From: Myxococcota bacterium
Lineage (GTDB): Bacteria; Myxococcota; JACRCW01
Direction: 5' to 3'
Assembly: GCA_040752415.1 (NCBI GenBank)
Contig: JBFMGU010000092.1
Location: 1 to 37,277, forward strand
Length of the DNA stretch: 37,277 nucleotides
Shown: positions 23,946-32,682 of the stretch, one piece after another
Position numbering within the stretch: the stretch's first letter is position 1
How the letters are laid out: every line of letters starts with the position of its first letter
Made by a program: the position numbers and the translations under genes
The notes under the pieces: model-generated
Told to the model about the DNA's origin: nothing
The model's input: only the letters and a program-made list of their open reading frames with translations
Databases searched by the model: none

Positions 23946-25127
23946 TCACCGGTAGGCAGACACGTCCACCACGCTGACCGTGCTCGCCCCATTGTTGGCC
24001 ACGTACAGGCGTGTGCCGTCGGGAGAGAGCGCCATGAACACGGGGTTGGTGCCCACGCTCTCCTGGTGGATCACGCGGTCATGGCTGGCGCTCTGCGGGT
24101 TGGTGTCCACCACGGCAACACTGCCCAGCTCGTAGTTCGCCACGAAGAGGTGGTTCCCGCTGGCCGAGCGCACCCCGCTCACCGGCCCGCCCCAGTAACC
24201 GAAGTAGGGACCCGGAATGTTCTCGATCAAGGAGAGATCCAGGGCGTTGAGCTTGCGCACACCGTTGGCACCGCTGGCCATGACGTAGAGCGCCTGACCA
24301 CGAGCATCCGCCACCGACGTGTGCGGGAAGTCTCCCACCGGCGTCGTCTGCACCACGGTGCGCGAGGGCACATCCACGCGGTGCACCGTCCCACCGGTCC
24401 AGCTGTTCACGTACAGCGTGCTCCCGTCGGGAGACAGCTCCAGGCCGCACAGGTAGCCACCGGTGACGTCGACGCGCCAGTCGTCCAGCGTGTTGGTGAT
24501 GGTGTTGATGCGGTTCACCCACGCGGTGCTGGAAGGACCGTTGTTGGCCACGTAGACGTACGCTCCGTCGGGTGAGGCCACCAGGGCGTCGGGAACGAGG
24601 ATCTCCATCTGGCCCGCGCCGCCCACCACGGCCTCCACCGCGCCCGCGACGGTGTTGATGACCGTCACCGCGTTGTCGAGGGAGAAGTGCGCCACGTAGA
24701 GCCGCTGCCGGTCCGGGCTGAGCACCGCGGCATGACCGCCCCCCGCCACCGCAATCTCCTTGCGCAGCTGCCCGTCGCGACCGAACACCTGCACCGCGTG
24801 CTGCATGCCCGCCTGCACCGGGATGCTGTTGGGACCGCTGTGCCGCGCGCCGCGGACCACGAACACGGCGTCGTCGGTGGCCACGATGCCATTGGGATAC
24901 GTTGCCACCGTGAAGCTGGCGCCCGGTTGCAGCTCCGTGCCGCCCGCATCCGTCGTCGTGGTTCCCGTGCTCCCCGCGTCCGGCGTGGTGTCGCCTGCGT
25001 CGGGCGCGGTGCTTCCCCCGTCGGAGCCAGGGCCCGTGGCTGGCGCCGGCTCTGCCTCCGCCTCGACGTTGGCCCCGCACCCCATGACCACCACCAACAT
25101 CCCCACGGTTCCGAGCCACTTGCGCAT
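23946..25127 (-). CDS. YncE/YVTN-type beta-propeller lipoprotein
   Basis: Signal MRKWLGTVGMLVVVMGC, DAG linker, repeated SPDG..LYV.N....V.V(I/V)D blades; AGGAGAG RBS. Confidence 0.85.
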   Translation of the reverse strand: MRKWLGTVGMLVVVMGCGANVEAEAEPAPATGPGSDGGSTAPDAGDTTPDAGSTGTTTTDAGGTELQPGASFTVATYPNGIVATDDAVFVVRGARHSGPNSIPVQAGMQHAVQVFGRDGQLRKEIAVAGGGHAAVLSPDRQRLYVAHFSLDNAVTVINTVAGAVEAVVGGAGQMEILVPDALVASPDGAYVYVANNGPSSTAWVNRINTITNTLDDWRVDVTGGYLCGLELSPDGSTLYVNSWTGGTVHRVDVPSRTVVQTTPVGDFPHTSVADARGQALYVMASGANGVRKLNALDLSLIENIPGPYFGYWGGPVSGVRSASGNHLFVANYELGSVAVVDTNPQSASHDRVIHQESVGTNPVFMALSPDGTRLYVANNGASTVSVVDVSAYR

Positions 25128-25162
25128 GGACTCTCTCCTGTTCTCAACGGCGCGGCCCACTC

Positions 25163-25178
25163 TGCACGGCCGGTGCCA
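25163..25178 (-). promoter_or_regulatory. Putative sigma54 (-24/-12) promoter for the propeller gene
   Basis: Minus strand TGGCACCGGCCGTGCA has GG-N10-GC spacing and lies 35 nt before the ATG. Confidence 0.5.
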
Positions 25179-25309
25179 CGTGGTGATGAGACGGGAAGGC
25201 CACAACATCGTGAACGGGCGGGCCCCCTCCGCGCGCCTTGCGTCATCCCTGGTTCACACCCCGGCAACGTTTCGCGGCATCCGCTCGAGCGGGCTACCCT
25301 GCTGGCACC

Positions 25310-26740
25310 ATGCGACGGCATCCATCACGTCCTGACACGCGGCCCCTCGTGCTGGCGCTGCTCCTCTCCGGGTGTCCGCCGCCATCCGCCAACACGGACG
25401 CATCCACCAACCCGCCCGTCGACGGAAGCGTTCCGATCGCGGATGCCGGCAGCGACGGTGGAGTCACGGAGATACCCGACGGAAGCGTCGACGGCGGGGA
25501 GCCAGCCGCGGATGCGGGCATTGACAGCGGTACGCCCACGTCTGACGCGGGCCTGCCCGTTCCCGACGCGGGCGCACAGGAGCCGACGGATGCGGGCATC
25601 CCGGACGGCAGCGCCGACGCGGGAGCGGATGGCGGCTCCGACGCGGGAACACGCGCCGCCCTCCCTCCCTGGCTCACCTACTGCGACCCCGGCCTCTGCG
25701 ACGCCATCCCTCCCGCGGTGCTGGCCGTCTGTCCCGCCAACGACCCGGGGTGCACGCCCCAGCGCAGCACCACGGTGCTCCCCCGTGTCGACGGTCATTC
25801 CATCAACGCGGTGTTCTTCCCCGTCTTCATGCCGGAGGGCGCCACGCTGCGCGTCGTGGATGGGAACGCGGGCATCCTCGCGCACCTCGTGACGGCCTAT
25901 TCACCACGAATCGAGGTCCGCTCCGACGTGGAGGTGTCCCTCAGCTACTACAACGTGCAACCCATCTGGGGCGGCACGGTTTCCTTGGACTTCGTGACCA
26001 CCAGCCAGACCTCGTCGGTGGTGGACACGGTCTTCTTCCGTCACCCCGGCCATGACACGGGCACCGCCGCCACGGACTTCCACGCGCGCGCGCAGCAGGC
26101 CATCACGGATGAGCGCGGCATCACCGGCGTCACGTCGGAGCGCATCCGGTCCTTCGTCATGCCCACGGAGCTGGCGGGCGTGGCGGGAGAGGGAAACTGG
26201 TCCTATGGCGACGGAACGGTGACCTCCAACTACGGCAACCCGGACTACATCGCTGCGCTCGGCGGGATCATGAACGTGGCGTTCCCCCGCTTCGCGCATG
26301 AGTGCGCGCACGAGCTGTTCAACGAGATTGCAGGCTTCTTCCCCGGAAATGCGGGATGTCTCAATGAGGGCATTGCCGACGCGCTCGCCTACGTGGCGGG
26401 TCACCTGCCTCTGCAGGACTTTGGCCCCATTGGCGTGACCGGCGTCGACTTCGCCAACGGGTGCGCCTCCACCACGGAGATCCACGACGTGGGCAACTGC
26501 TACTTCTGGCACGTCCACGAGGCTGGCCTGCTCACGCCGCCGTTCATGAACGGCATCTTCCACCCGCAACACACCTTCAGCTTCGACAGCTGTGCGCCCA
26601 CCGCCGAGCTGACGGGCAATGCCATCCTGGTGCTTTTCACGGAGGCCGCGGGCGGAGCGGACCTGGTGCCGGTGCTCGACGCCATGGGCCTGGTGCACGC
26701 GGGCTCGTACGACGCGGCGCGCGCTGCCCTGGGCTTCTGA
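25310..26740 (+). CDS. Lipoprotein with DAG/DGG linker and gluzincin-type Zn metallopeptidase motif
   Basis: LVLALLLSGC lipobox; AHECAHE followed ~13 aa later by LNEGIAD (HExxH...E). Confidence 0.7.
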   Translation: MRRHPSRPDTRPLVLALLLSGCPPPSANTDASTNPPVDGSVPIADAGSDGGVTEIPDGSVDGGEPAADAGIDSGTPTSDAGLPVPDAGAQEPTDAGIPDGSADAGADGGSDAGTRAALPPWLTYCDPGLCDAIPPAVLAVCPANDPGCTPQRSTTVLPRVDGHSINAVFFPVFMPEGATLRVVDGNAGILAHLVTAYSPRIEVRSDVEVSLSYYNVQPIWGGTVSLDFVTTSQTSSVVDTVFFRHPGHDTGTAATDFHARAQQAITDERGITGVTSERIRSFVMPTELAGVAGEGNWSYGDGTVTSNYGNPDYIAALGGIMNVAFPRFAHECAHELFNEIAGFFPGNAGCLNEGIADALAYVAGHLPLQDFGPIGVTGVDFANGCASTTEIHDVGNCYFWHVHEAGLLTPPFMNGIFHPQHTFSFDSCAPTAELTGNAILVLFTEAAGGADLVPVLDAMGLVHAGSYDAARAALGF

Positions 26741-26767
26741 GGCTCGGAGCGTCACCTTCTTCATTCG

Positions 26768-26893
26768 GGGCTGCGCCCGCAAAGATGCCCAGCGGGATGG
26801 CGGACGTCGTGAGCGGGCCACGACCTGGAGTGCGGCGGGCCCTCGCCGCCCTGGTCAGCGCCAAGCGGGTCCTGCACCCGCCAACGGTCCACC
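26768..26893. repeat. Dispersed intergenic repeat, homologous to 37144-37272
   Basis: GACGTCGTGAGCGGGCC(A/G)CGACCTGGAGTGCGGCGGGCCCTCGCCGCCCTGG is shared almost exactly, and the flanks are similar. Confidence 0.85.
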
Positions 26894-26934
26894 AGCGCAG
26901 CCGCGGCGCATTCCCATGGTGGTAGGCTGGCGTC

Positions 26935-27720
26935 ATGAAAACGGAATTGGAAGTCGCCAGGCTTCTATCGTCCCGGACACTGTGGGCGGCCATCATGGCC
27001 GTGGCTGCGTCGTGCGGGCTTCCCCCGCTGGAAAACAGCCCCGAAGCGCGGATGGATGCGCTCCTGGCCGCGTGCCAACCCGCCGACGAGAACGGGTGCG
27101 CGCAGGAGCTGGAGACCTTCCTCACCGACGACGCGACGTGGGCCGACGACCTCGGCATCGCCCACGGGCGAGAGGAGATCGCGCGTCTCATCGTCGAGCG
27201 GCGCCGCGCGGGCCAGACCTGGCAGCGCACCTCCAACGTGGACACGCACCATGACGTGTTCCGCATGCGCATGACGGTGAACGGAACGGGTCGCATCGTC
27301 GGCGGGGGAACGGACGGGGAGCGCTTCACGCGCATTGCGGTGGTGCAGGAGCCGCCGCTGGTGGTGTCCGCCACGCCGGAACCCGTGCGCGCCTACCAGG
27401 ACGCCTGGAACGCGTTTGACGAGAAGGAACGGCTGGCGCTGCTGGACCAGGGCTTCGCCCCCGACGGGCACTACGTGGATCCGTACATCGCGCTCGACGG
27501 CACCAGCACGCTCAGCGAGAACATCGGCACCTACCACCGCGTCTCGGTGGGCACGCGGCTGCAGGTCACCACCGGCGCCTCGGGACACCACGGTTTCGTG
27601 GTCTTCTTCTGGGAAGTGCGCAACCTCGAGGGCGTCACCATGCTCGAGGGAATGGACGTGGGGCAGCTGGACGCCAGCGGGCGGCTGAAGCTGCTGAGCG
27701 GTTTCTTCGGCGGCTTCTAG
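26935..27720 (+). CDS. Tandem SnoaL/NTF2-like domain protein, probable lipoprotein
   Basis: IMAVAASC lipobox; LTDDATWADD..AHGREEI and AYQDAWN...FAPDGHYVDP...GMDVGQLDASGRL..LSGFF patterns. Confidence 0.7.
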   Translation: MKTELEVARLLSSRTLWAAIMAVAASCGLPPLENSPEARMDALLAACQPADENGCAQELETFLTDDATWADDLGIAHGREEIARLIVERRRAGQTWQRTSNVDTHHDVFRMRMTVNGTGRIVGGGTDGERFTRIAVVQEPPLVVSATPEPVRAYQDAWNAFDEKERLALLDQGFAPDGHYVDPYIALDGTSTLSENIGTYHRVSVGTRLQVTTGASGHHGFVVFFWEVRNLEGVTMLEGMDVGQLDASGRLKLLSGFFGGF

Positions 27721-27725
27721 ACCGC

Positions 27726-29171
27726 TCAACCCGGAACCGACTCCTTCTTCGTGGGCGCGTAGAAGCTGATGCCCCGCTGGTTCTCGTCGACACGCAGCGG
27801 TTGGCGCATGGACGGGAAGGCGCGCTGCTCGCACTCAGTGCGCTCACACACGCGGCAGGTGACGCCCACGGGAACCGCGGTGTCCAGGCGGCTGAGGTCC
27901 AATCCGTCGGAGTAGACCAGCTTGTCCGCGTAGGCGACCGGACATCCCATCCCAATGGCGTGCACCGCCGGCTGCGAGTGGTACCCGCCACCCTCCTTGT
28001 TCAGCGTGCGCGCCAGGCAGAAGTACATGGCCCCGTCCGGCATGCGGGAGATCTGCAGGCGGATCAGCCCCGGCGTCAGGAACGCCGCGAACACGTTCCA
28101 CTTGGGACACGCGCCGGAGAAACGCGCAAAGCGGATGCCGGAGGCGCTGAAGCGCTTGGAGATGTTGCCGGCAATGTCGATGCGGATGAGGTGGAACGGC
28201 ACGCCCTCCGCGCCCGGTCGACGCAGCGTGGTGAGACGGTGACACACCTGCTCAAAGCTGGTGCGGAAGCGGTGGCCGAGCAGCTGCACGTCGTAGCGGA
28301 CGTCGTGACAGGCATCCAGGAACTGCTGGTAGGGCATCAACACCGCGCCCGCGAAGTAGTTGGCCAACGCCACGCGGCCCAGCGCACGGGATTCCTCCGT
28401 CGTCAGGTGCGGGTCGTCCACGAGCTGGTCCAGCAGCCGACGGTGCGTGAGCAGCGCAATCTGGTGTGCCAGCTGGAAGTTCCGGCTGCGCGGCGCCAGC
28501 AGCTCACTCAGCGTCAAGGTCCGCGCGCCCGGGTCATAACGACGGAGCACGGTGGCGTCGGTGTCCGCGCGCGCCTGGTAGACGCGGATGCCGTGCACCT
28601 CCTCCAGGAAGCGCACCAGGCCGCGGTACAGGTCCTCCCGGTTGCGCACCGCCTCGCCCACCAGCGCGTCGGCGGCGGACTCCAGCTCCGGGAAGTGGTT
28701 CATGTGCGCCTGGATGAAGTCGGTGACCTCCTCGCTGGGCAGGCGCGCGCCCACGCCGCTGAGCTCGTCGCGGTCACTGACCCGGTGCGCCAGCGTGTCC
28801 GCGCTCTCCCGCGCGCCCTGGTACGCCCGGTACAAGGTCAGGATGGAGCGCGCCGCCGCGGGTGACGACGACGCCAGTTCCCGCACATCCACGTTGGTGA
28901 CCGGGTGCGACTCGAAGAGCGGGTCCCCAAAGACCTCCATCAGCTCCCCCACCAGGCGCTGATCCTCCTCGGGCGCAAAGCTGGCCAGGTCCACCTTGAA
29001 GTGCTGCGCCAGCTTGATGAGCAGCTGCGCGGTGAGCGGCCGCCGGTTCGCCTCGATGAGGTTCAGGTAGCTGGGCGAGATTCCCAACGCCGCGGCCAGG
29101 GCCGCCTGGCTCATGTTCTGCTGCCTCCGCAGGGCGCGGATGCGGCCCCCCAGTCGCGGTGCGTCGGTCAT
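27726..29171 (-). CDS. XRE-family short-chain acyl-CoA regulator (RamB/PrpR/ScfR family)
   Basis: N-terminal HTH (GISPSYLNLIEANRRPLT), FQLAHQ, ANYFAGAVLMPY, SFEQVCHRLTTL, DIAGNISKRFS, GACPKW and C-terminal CRVCERTECEQRAFP. Confidence 0.92.
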   Translation of the reverse strand: MTDAPRLGGRIRALRRQQNMSQAALAAALGISPSYLNLIEANRRPLTAQLLIKLAQHFKVDLASFAPEEDQRLVGELMEVFGDPLFESHPVTNVDVRELASSSPAAARSILTLYRAYQGARESADTLAHRVSDRDELSGVGARLPSEEVTDFIQAHMNHFPELESAADALVGEAVRNREDLYRGLVRFLEEVHGIRVYQARADTDATVLRRYDPGARTLTLSELLAPRSRNFQLAHQIALLTHRRLLDQLVDDPHLTTEESRALGRVALANYFAGAVLMPYQQFLDACHDVRYDVQLLGHRFRTSFEQVCHRLTTLRRPGAEGVPFHLIRIDIAGNISKRFSASGIRFARFSGACPKWNVFAAFLTPGLIRLQISRMPDGAMYFCLARTLNKEGGGYHSQPAVHAIGMGCPVAYADKLVYSDGLDLSRLDTAVPVGVTCRVCERTECEQRAFPSMRQPLRVDENQRGISFYAPTKKESVPG

Positions 29172-29316
29172 GACTCCGTCCTTGATGGACTGCGTTGACA
29201 CATTGACACGCACCTCCGCGTGCCTCAACCCAGCGCCACTCCGACGAGGAACCCGCCCGCGTGATGACCACGTTGACCGGCACCACCAGCTCAACCTTGA
29301 GCCGTCGGCGCACTGT

Positions 29317-29664
29317 TCAACGCGCGCGCAGGCCGGGCAGGAGCCGGGTGTTCGGGATGTTCGCCAGTCCCCACTCCACCACCGCGCGCATCACGGGACG
29401 GAGACTGCGGCCGCGTTCGGTGAGCGAGTAGGCCATGCGCCCGGGATGCGTCCCATACGGCTCCCGCGCCACCAACCCCGCTTCCTCCAGGCGCTTGAGC
29501 CGCTCCGCCAGGATGTTCGTCGAGATTCCTTCGGGTGAGGCCAGGAACTCGTCGTAGCGCTGCTTGCCCAGGAACAGGTCCCGGATCACCAGCAGCGTCC
29601 ACTTGTCGCCCAGGATGTCCAGCGTGCACGCAACGGGGCAGGTGGACCGACGGGACGCAACCAT
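29317..29664 (-). CDS. HxlR-family winged-helix transcriptional regulator
   Basis: RSTCPVACTLDILGDKWTLLVIRDL...GISTNILAERLKRLE...YSLTERG. Confidence 0.92.
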   Translation of the reverse strand: MVASRRSTCPVACTLDILGDKWTLLVIRDLFLGKQRYDEFLASPEGISTNILAERLKRLEEAGLVAREPYGTHPGRMAYSLTERGRSLRPVMRAVVEWGLANIPNTRLLPGLRAR

Positions 29665-29683
29665 GCCCCCATCATGCCCCGTC

Positions 29684-29739
29684 ACTTGCAAAACGCAAGT
29701 CCATGGCTCTAGCTTGAGCGTCACTTGCACTTTGCAAGC
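29684..29739. promoter_or_regulatory. Two palindromic operators ACTTGC-N5-GCAAG(T/C)
   Basis: ACTTGCAAAACGCAAGT (29684-29700) and ACTTGCACTTTGCAAGC (29723-29739) lie between the divergent hxlR and cupin genes. Confidence 0.7.
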
Positions 29740-29751
29740 CAGGAGGCCGTG

Positions 29752-30192
29752 ATGGCCAACTTCACCGTGTTCGAGTCGGGCGCTCCCGCCACCTGGGACC
29801 GCTGGCTGTTCAAGCACCCCAGACTTCCCACCAAGGGAAAGAGCTTTCTGCGTGAGCACCTTGGGCTGACGGGAATGGAGGTTTCCGTCAACAGCTTCCC
29901 GCCGGGCGCCACCATGCCGTTCGTGCACCGGCACCGCGTGAACGAGGAGCTGTACCTCTTCCTCTCCGGCACCGGTGAGTTCCGCGTCGACGACGCCATC
30001 TTCCCGGTGGGAGAGGGCACCGTGGTGCGCGTGGCACCGGGGGGTCACCGCGTGTACCGCAACACGGGCACCACGCCGCTGGTGTTCCTGGTGGTGCAGG
30101 CCCCGGCGGGGAAGATGGACACCGCCACGGTGGAGGACGGCATGAGGGTGGAGGAGCCGTTGGGCTTCCCGCCTGCCGCAACCACGGCCTAG
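29752..30192 (+). CDS. Cupin-domain protein
   Basis: PFVHRHRVNEELYLFLSGTG...EGTVVRVAPGGHRVYRNTG (cupin motifs 1 and 2); AGGAGG RBS. Confidence 0.9.
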   Translation: MANFTVFESGAPATWDRWLFKHPRLPTKGKSFLREHLGLTGMEVSVNSFPPGATMPFVHRHRVNEELYLFLSGTGEFRVDDAIFPVGEGTVVRVAPGGHRVYRNTGTTPLVFLVVQAPAGKMDTATVEDGMRVEEPLGFPPAATTA

Positions 30193-30621
30193 CAGCCCGC
30201 GCCCCGTCGCGCCTGGAACAACCGCCTCCCACCGCCGCACGGCGTGAGCGCTGCCGCGCTGAAACGGAAAGTGGCGCCGCTCCCGCGAGATCCAGATCCC
30301 AGGGCCGTGACTGCCGCGACGGCACCACGCGCTTCCCCGCACGCGCGCTCAACACCACAGCGCACATGTGCGGACACCCCCTGACACAAGAAGTGCGATC
30401 CCGCTCACAGAAACTGGCGGAGGATGTGCGCCATCACCCACCGCGCCCACACCCTCACCGATACCTAAAACTGTAACCAACTGCGGGCGCGTGGTTGCAC
30501 CTGTGTGACCGACCAGCACATGTGACGACGTGAAAGCCTGATCCCAGGTGCAAGAAATTGCTTCGTAACGGCTTAGAGTCTGAGCTAAGATGGTGTTTGC
30601 AGGGGGGCTGGGAGCGGAGCC

Positions 30622-31851
30622 ATGAGGACGAGGGCGATGACGAAGCTGGCAGGCACGGCGGTCTTCCTCACGACGTTGATTGCCGGGCTGTCGCGGGCGC
30701 ACGCGGAATCACCGGACCAGCTTGGGCGCGGCGAGGGTGATACCCACTTCGAGCTGGAGCCGGGCGCGGTGGCGTACAACTACGCTGAGCGCGGCTTCAA
30801 CCTCCCCCACGGCGTGGCGGCGGACGCCAAGCACGTCTACGTGACCGAGCCGCTGGGCAGCCTCGACCCCACGGCGGGCCAGGGACCGCGCGTGGCCATC
30901 CTCAACCGTCTCACGGGAGAGGAGGTTGCCGAGCTGCCGCCCCCGCCCGAGGGCTTCGTGCTGCCCTTCGGCCTGCGCATGGAGGAGCCCGGCAAGCTGG
31001 TGGTGCTGGATGCGGGCGGCTTCCCCAGTCCCTTGGCCCTCGCCGTGCCGCGCATCCATGTCTATCGCATCCAGGGACACCATGAGCGCATCCGCGCGGA
31101 GCTGGTGCGTTCGGTCATGGTCCAGGCGCTCATCATCTTCAGCGAGGAGTTGGAGGTGATTGGCCCGGACCGCTACGTGATCAGCGACTCCGGCTTTGGT
31201 GCGCTGTGGGTGATCGAGCCGGATGACACGGTGCGGCCGGGCATCATCCCGGAGACACTGTCGCCGCCGGATGCCATTCCCGCGCTCTCCGCGTGTCCGT
31301 TCCCGGGGGACTACACGGTGGGCGACATCCCCTTCGAGTTCCCGGGCAACTTCGCGCCGGGTGTGGGCGCGCTGGGGACGGACGGCACGTACCTGTACAT
31401 GAGCGGGACCTGCCGGGGCGGGATCTCCCGGGTGCCGCTGGCGGTGTTTGACGACGACCGCGCGCCCTGGGACCGCGCCGCGGACATCCAGGACGTGTTC
31501 GTGCGGCCGGCGGGTGAGATTGGCACCATGAAGGGCCTGCTGTTCAGCCGCGACAACCCCGACGACAACACGCTCTATGCGCTGGAGCCGTTCAACCTGC
31601 GCCTGGTCCGCATTGACGTGGCGTCGGGGGAGCGGACCGTGGTGCTGGACGACCCTGTGCTGTTCAATTTCCCGGTGGCTGCCGCGTTCCTGCCCGCCAA
31701 CGGAATGGACGTCATGGTCATCACCTCGGACCAGGAGCAGCGGCTGCCCTTCCTGAACGCCGGCCTCGACCCGAGCCAGCCCCCGCCGCTGCAGTTGCCC
31801 TTCCTGGTGACCAAGGCGTTCATCAAACCGGGGAACGGGCACCACCACTAA
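30622..31851 (+). CDS. Secreted hypothetical protein, probable beta-propeller (SMP-30/gluconolactonase-like)
   Basis: Sec signal ending AHA; blade-like segments PHGVAAD..HVYVTE, YVISDS..GALW and LVRID..SGE..VV. Start may be 30637. Confidence 0.65.
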   Translation: MRTRAMTKLAGTAVFLTTLIAGLSRAHAESPDQLGRGEGDTHFELEPGAVAYNYAERGFNLPHGVAADAKHVYVTEPLGSLDPTAGQGPRVAILNRLTGEEVAELPPPPEGFVLPFGLRMEEPGKLVVLDAGGFPSPLALAVPRIHVYRIQGHHERIRAELVRSVMVQALIIFSEELEVIGPDRYVISDSGFGALWVIEPDDTVRPGIIPETLSPPDAIPALSACPFPGDYTVGDIPFEFPGNFAPGVGALGTDGTYLYMSGTCRGGISRVPLAVFDDDRAPWDRAADIQDVFVRPAGEIGTMKGLLFSRDNPDDNTLYALEPFNLRLVRIDVASGERTVVLDDPVLFNFPVAAAFLPANGMDVMVITSDQEQRLPFLNAGLDPSQPPPLQLPFLVTKAFIKPGNGHHH

Positions 31852-32100
31852 GCTAAGCGCGACGTTGTCCTTCGCCCGGTGCAATTCGGGCCGCTTCGTC
31901 GTCGTGGAGCGCCGTCGCGGCGGGTTTCCCGTCGGCCCAACCCGGACGAGCGCTCTCCCCAGCCAGGTTGCCGCGGCAACAACGGCATGGATTTCCCCTC
32001 CCCGTCCCCATCCCGGCAGTCAGCGGACCTGGGATGACCTGATTCCCGGTCGCCCGAGGGGCCACGCGACGAACCGGGTGACCGAGTCCCGTTGACTGCC

Positions 32101-32134
32101 GGGATTGGGATTGGGATTGGGATTGGGATTGGGA
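32101..32134 (+). repeat. (GGGATT)5-GGGA hexamer tandem repeat
   Basis: Read directly from the sequence; six GGG tracts. Confidence 0.95.
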
Positions 32135-32168
32135 CCTCAGCGCGGTCCGCCGTGCCAGGATGACGACG

Positions 32169-32597
32169 TCAGAGACCGGCGGTGGCCATGTCCTTCAACA
32201 CCTGCTGCCGGTTGACGGGGATCTTCGCGTTCTCCAGCTCCGCGAACACCTCGTCCATGTTCGCGCAGGTCTTGATCTGCCGGCTGTTCTTGTAGACCAG
32301 CATCAGCCCGGCCATGGCGGTGCGCTGGACGCTGCCGCGGAAGCCACGGCTCTCCATGACGATGAAGAAATGGCTGGCCTCCTTGAGGATGACATCCACT
32401 CCCGCGAGCATCTTCTTGCGGGTGGCGTCGTCCGGGGGCGGCGTGTCGTCCTTGGAGATGGAGACGTAGACCAGCTTGTCCCGGACGCGCCTGCACGCCG
32501 AGGAGAACTCCTGCTCCACCGCCTCCAAACTGGCGACGTCCGTCTGAAACCAGCGAACAGCGAAGATCTTGCCCGAGTGACAGGTTTGGTACTTCAC
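32169..32597 (-). CDS. Hypothetical protein, STAS/SEC14-like small myxobacterial family
   Basis: GTG start after AGGAAGG; PPDDATRKKM...GFRGSVQRTAM pattern resembles 23424-23885. Confidence 0.65.
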   Translation of the reverse strand: MKYQTCHSGKIFAVRWFQTDVASLEAVEQEFSSACRRVRDKLVYVSISKDDTPPPDDATRKKMLAGVDVILKEASHFFIVMESRGFRGSVQRTAMAGLMLVYKNSRQIKTCANMDEVFAELENAKIPVNRQQVLKDMATAGL

Positions 32598-32682
32598 GAT
32601 GCCTTCCTGGCTGCCTGAGTTACAGCTCCGTGCGCGCCCCGAGCACGCACGGGTCCATTGTGCGCCCAACCTGGCGGTGGGT

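Noticed and set aside
29665..30342. Long N-terminal extension of the HxlR ORF (341 aa)
   Set aside because: It overlaps the cupin gene on the opposite strand. The HxlR domain begins at the ATG at 29664.
30193..30621. Long, partly AT-richer intergenic region as riboswitch or CRP-type site
   Set aside because: No recognisable aptamer, and the TGTGA half-sites lack a correctly spaced partner. It is probably just a promoter region.
32101..32134. Telomere-like repeat
   Set aside because: GGGATT is the reverse, not the complement or a rotation, of TTAGGG. The tract is short and internal.
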